From: a virus
Reading direction: 5' to 3' (one strand)
Length of the DNA: 64,000 nt
IMG/VR virus record: IMGVR_UViG_3300045988_162524
Location: 1 to 64,000 of that record
Below are positions 61,154-64,000 of the stretch, piece by piece (within the stretch, counting starts at the first letter, position 1; each line of letters starts with the position of its first letter). Below the pieces are notes generated by a model. The model searched no databases. It was not told the DNA's origin and saw nothing but the letters and a program-made list of their open reading frames with translations. The position numbers and the translations under genes were made by a program.

Positions 61154-61185
61154 TATATTTGGATAATAGTGTACTAATTAGTACA
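61154..61185 (+). promoter_or_regulatory. TATATTTG box plus perfect 16-bp palindrome at the predicted start site
   Basis: Box at 61154-61161. TGTACTAATTAGTACA at 61170-61185. A third AGTACA half-site lies at 61200-61205. Confidence 0.55.
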
Positions 61186-61207
61186 TTTGTGTCCATAATA
61201 GTACACT

Positions 61208-61558
61208 ATGAAATTAGACATTGATGTAGAAAATAAAATAGAAGAGATTGAGAAAATCATCTGTTCACATTTTGGAGTAACAGGACAACAGATTATAAAT
61301 AAAGAAAGAACAGAAGATGTAATATCAGCTAGAGCTTTTCTTTTTTATATATTACATTATAAGTTGGAAATGTCTCCACTAACAATCAGTAAAATATATC
61401 CTCGACAACCTAGAGGAATAAAGAAGTTGTGTGCTAAAATAAAGAATGGATTGAAATTTCACAAGGTATATACTTCTATTTATGAAGATTTACTGAAAAA
61501 AATAGAACCAATTCTACCAAAAGACTTAGATAAGTTTTGGAATAGAGAAAATTTGTAG
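61208..61558 (+). CDS. DnaA domain IV-like HTH DNA-binding protein
   Basis: ERTEDVISARAFLFYILHYKLEMSPLTISKIY resembles the DnaA C-terminal HTH pattern (R...i..aR.ia.Yl....t..S...I). Confidence 0.5.
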   Translation: MKLDIDVENKIEEIEKIICSHFGVTGQQIINKERTEDVISARAFLFYILHYKLEMSPLTISKIYPRQPRGIKKLCAKIKNGLKFHKVYTSIYEDLLKKIEPILPKDLDKFWNRENL

Positions 61559-61566
61559 TATATTTG
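61559..61566 (+). promoter_or_regulatory. -7 promoter box TATATTTG
   Basis: Starts 1 nt after stop 61558, 102 nt upstream of ATG 61669. Confidence 0.45.
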
Positions 61567-61575
61567 CAGCGTCAA

Positions 61576-61651
61576 CCACAACTGACAAGAAGAAATTGCT
61601 AATTTATTAGCGGAGTGTTCCGGAAAGATGTGTTGTGGCTCTTTTCGGAAC
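61576..61651 (+). promoter_or_regulatory. structured leader with interleaved stems
   Basis: Stem A ccacaac (61576-82) / gttgtgg (61632-38). Stem B gttccg (61617-22) / cggaac (61646-51), then ATTCTTTTT. Confidence 0.45.
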
Positions 61652-61668
61652 ATTCTTTTTATACTATT

Positions 61669-62442
61669 ATGAACAATATCATCTTATCAAAAGAAAGTTC
61701 TAATGAGGAATTGAAAACGTACTTTAATGCAGTACTTGAATTATCTCAATCTAACAATGAGTTTCCCGTCAATCTTGATGATGTTTGGATGCTTGTTTAT
61801 GGAAGGAAACAAGAAGCTGTAAGAGCATTAACATCAAATGACCAATTCATAGAAGGAGTTGATTATCAGTCGGTGCGCAAAGATGCGCAGCAAGATTTAG
61901 AAAATTCATGGGGTGGGAATAACAAGGTAGATTACAAATTATCCGTTTCTTGTTTAGAGTTCTTTATAGCTCGTAAAGTAAGACCTGTATTTGAAGTATA
62001 TCGACAAGTATTTCATAAGGCTATAAACAATCTGGTTTTGCCGAAAACATTTGCCGAAGCTCTAAGATTAGCTGCTGAACAAGCAGAACAATTGGAAAAA
62101 CAGCAAGCTCGTATTGAAGAAATGAAACCAAAAGAAGAGTTCTTTGACCAAGTAACTGATAGTAAAGACGCCTGTGATATGGCTACTGTGGCAAAAGTTC
62201 TTAATATGGGGATTGGAAGAAATAAAATTTTTGAAATTTTAAGAGATAATAAAATTCTTCAAGGGAATAATCAGCCGATGCAGCGTTATGTAGATTCATG
62301 TTGGTTTAGAGTTATAGAAACTCAATTTACCAAACCTAATGGAGATATATGTATAAACTTTAAGACTATTGTATATCAAAAAGGAATAGAAGGCATACGA
62401 AAATTACTAACATCATTGGGATATAAGAAAGCCGGAAATTAA
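61669..62442 (+). CDS. antirepressor-like protein (KilAC-type C-terminal domain)
   Basis: ATG 61669 (MNNIILSKESS). C-terminal FAEALRLAAEQAEQLEKQQARIEEMKPKEEFFDQV...MATVAKVLNMGIGRNKIFEILRDNKIL matches the KilAC/Ant pattern. Confidence 0.6.
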   Translation: MNNIILSKESSNEELKTYFNAVLELSQSNNEFPVNLDDVWMLVYGRKQEAVRALTSNDQFIEGVDYQSVRKDAQQDLENSWGGNNKVDYKLSVSCLEFFIARKVRPVFEVYRQVFHKAINNLVLPKTFAEALRLAAEQAEQLEKQQARIEEMKPKEEFFDQVTDSKDACDMATVAKVLNMGIGRNKIFEILRDNKILQGNNQPMQRYVDSCWFRVIETQFTKPNGDICINFKTIVYQKGIEGIRKLLTSLGYKKAGN

Positions 62443-62469
62443 TCCGGCTACTCTTTCCTGAAAACAATA

Positions 62470-64000
62470 TCATGTTAGTACCTTTATTGATGCGCCCCCA
62501 TTAGGATGATCGCCACTGTATGTAATAACACTTGCCAATCTATCATCTATGCTTCTCAAAAGTTTAGTTTGATTTGCAAGCTCACTGTACATTGGGTTCT
62601 GCAATGGGTCTAAGCTAGTAAATGCAGCAAAGAAATTGTTGATAACCATATTGGTGTCTGCGACAAAATATCTCATTGAATTAAGATAAGCTTCAATAAC
62701 ATTAGCGGTTTCTTCCGTCACACCAGTGATCCCTTGATTAAGAGTAGATCCATTGTCCTCTCCACCAGTAATTGGTACACCGAAATTCTCTGCTATTGTT
62801 TTGAAATACTCATTTAAAGCAGGCATCGTTTCATCAATTTGTTTCTGCAACGCTTCTAATTCATCATTAGATAAATATGAATCAGAACCAATCATATTAT
62901 CTAAATTCTTCATTATCGGTTCTAAGAATTTTTCTATTCCTCTTAGAGCCAACTGTTTCATAATTACATTATTGATATATTCATCCCATTTATCTTCTAA
63001 AGCTGTTAATCCATCGCCTGTTTCTTTATAGGCTTCTAGCCAAGCAGATGCAAATTCTTCTGCGGAAGATTTCATGTCTGCTCCGCTACCAAAACCTCCT
63101 AATTCATTAAGTTTCTGACTCCTAAGTTGATCTGCCTGTTCTTGCAAATCAATTATAGCTTCTTTCCATTCATCTATTCTATCCCAATCTGTATCTTTCT
63201 TATCTTCTTCGGCAGCTATCATATTTTGGTAACTCTTGATTTGGTCTTGAATATTACGTTGAGCATTTTCAGTACTCATATTCAGAGTATCAATAGTATA
63301 TGCATTTTCTATTGCATCACCTAATCTTTGATAAGCCTTTTGAAGCTTTTCTACTTGCTTTATTTCCTCTTGAATGGTTTGCTCTCTTCTAGCATCATGT
63401 TGCTTATTTAATGTTGTGAAAATAGATGTTATAGAGCCAACCGCATCGGCTACTGCTCCGGCAATATTGCCACTCTTGAAATTGTTCCAAGAGGACATCA
63501 CTTTATTATTTACATTACCCAATAATTCTCCTGCTTGTGCAGCTTCTCTCCATCCTCCTTTGGACGTATCAACGCCTTGTGATTCTTGAAGTTCTTTAAA
63601 TTGATTCATTATATCAATGGTCGCTTCAATAGATTGGTAAATACCAGTAACTATCCTGTCAATCATTGACATGGCTGAACTCATTCCGCCCTGTATCTGT
63701 CCCATTTTACCGGATATGTTAGACAGTTTACCTTGTGAAATGTTCAATTTATCATTAGAATTATTTAAAGCACTATTAGCATCTTGCAAACTCTCTGTAG
63801 CTGCTATAAGGTCATCTTTTGCGGACGCATCTATTCCAATTCTACCTCTAGCTTGTTCGGCTTCTGTTTTTGCGCTTTCAAGTCTATCTTTAGCAATTTT
63901 CTGTTCTCTCAACAGTTGATTATATCTTTCTGTTTCTGCATTAAATTCCGCTTGTAGTCTTTTTAGTTCTCTAAATTCTGCAAAAGCATTTTTACTAAAC
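62470..64000 (-). CDS. tape-measure-like structural protein, C-terminal part (ORF runs off window end)
   Basis: The frame stays open to base 64000. Long helical, charged repeats plus a Gly/Ala/Ser hydrophobic segment GNIAGAVADAVGSITSIF, typical of tape-measure proteins. Confidence 0.55.
   Translation of the reverse strand, partial: FSKNAFAEFRELKRLQAEFNAETERYNQLLREQKIAKDRLESAKTEAEQARGRIGIDASAKDDLIAATESLQDANSALNNSNDKLNISQGKLSNISGKMGQIQGGMSSAMSMIDRIVTGIYQSIEATIDIMNQFKELQESQGVDTSKGGWREAAQAGELLGNVNNKVMSSWNNFKSGNIAGAVADAVGSITSIFTTLNKQHDARREQTIQEEIKQVEKLQKAYQRLGDAIENAYTIDTLNMSTENAQRNIQDQIKSYQNMIAAEEDKKDTDWDRIDEWKEAIIDLQEQADQLRSQKLNELGGFGSGADMKSSAEEFASAWLEAYKETGDGLTALEDKWDEYINNVIMKQLALRGIEKFLEPIMKNLDNMIGSDSYLSNDELEALQKQIDETMPALNEYFKTIAENFGVPITGGEDNGSTLNQGITGVTEETANVIEAYLNSMRYFVADTNMVINNFFAAFTSLDPLQNPMYSELANQTKLLRSIDDRLASVITYSGDHPNGGASIKVLT

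Overview
AT-rich (about one third G+C by eye), gene-dense window from a large tailed dsDNA phage or prophage, standard genetic code. Layout: (1) 1-10.8 kb, + strand: late tail and fibre genes, comprising a 1233-aa tail protein and fibre-like proteins that share N- or C-terminal modules. (2) 10.8-27.3 kb, - strand: replication and modification block with an AEP-primase/SF4-helicase fusion, a beta-clamp homologue, a C5 DNA methyltransferase, a HAD phosphatase and two GIY-YIG endonucleases. (3) 27.36-28.72 kb: divergent non-coding control region, a candidate origin. (4) 28.7-56.5 kb, + strand: three co-directional modules of mostly small ORFs. Recognisable products are a serine recombinase, MutS-domain-I-like mini protein, RNase H, Dam methyltransferase, Rad50/SbcC-like ATPase, SSB-like protein, HNH endonuclease, RecT, an interrupted MBL-fold gene, RuvC-like resolvase, dUTPase, tnpB and an M15 endolysin. 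The modules are separated by two 0.5-0.7 kb non-coding boundaries that share a 17-nt promoter-like motif followed by tandem hairpins. (5) 56.5-64 kb: mixed-orientation block ending in a tape-measure-like ORF that runs off the window. TAnnTTTG boxes sit about 20-30 nt upstream of many ATGs and point to a Bacteroidota host, although AGGAGG Shine-Dalgarno-like sites also occur. I found no rRNA, tRNA, CRISPR array, reverse transcriptase, terminase, portal or capsid gene. Best candidates for something new: the tnpB-only cassette with a leaderless-type promoter; the twin promoter-plus-terminator module boundaries (possible antitermination switch or short RNAs); the A-depleted pyrimidine tract and AT-rich repeat region paired with a phage RNase H; two genes broken in unusual ways (TGA inside the HxHxDH motif; an A5G -1 shift); and a G8 tract in front of a fibre gene. 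All functional calls rest on motif recognition by eye; no database search was run.
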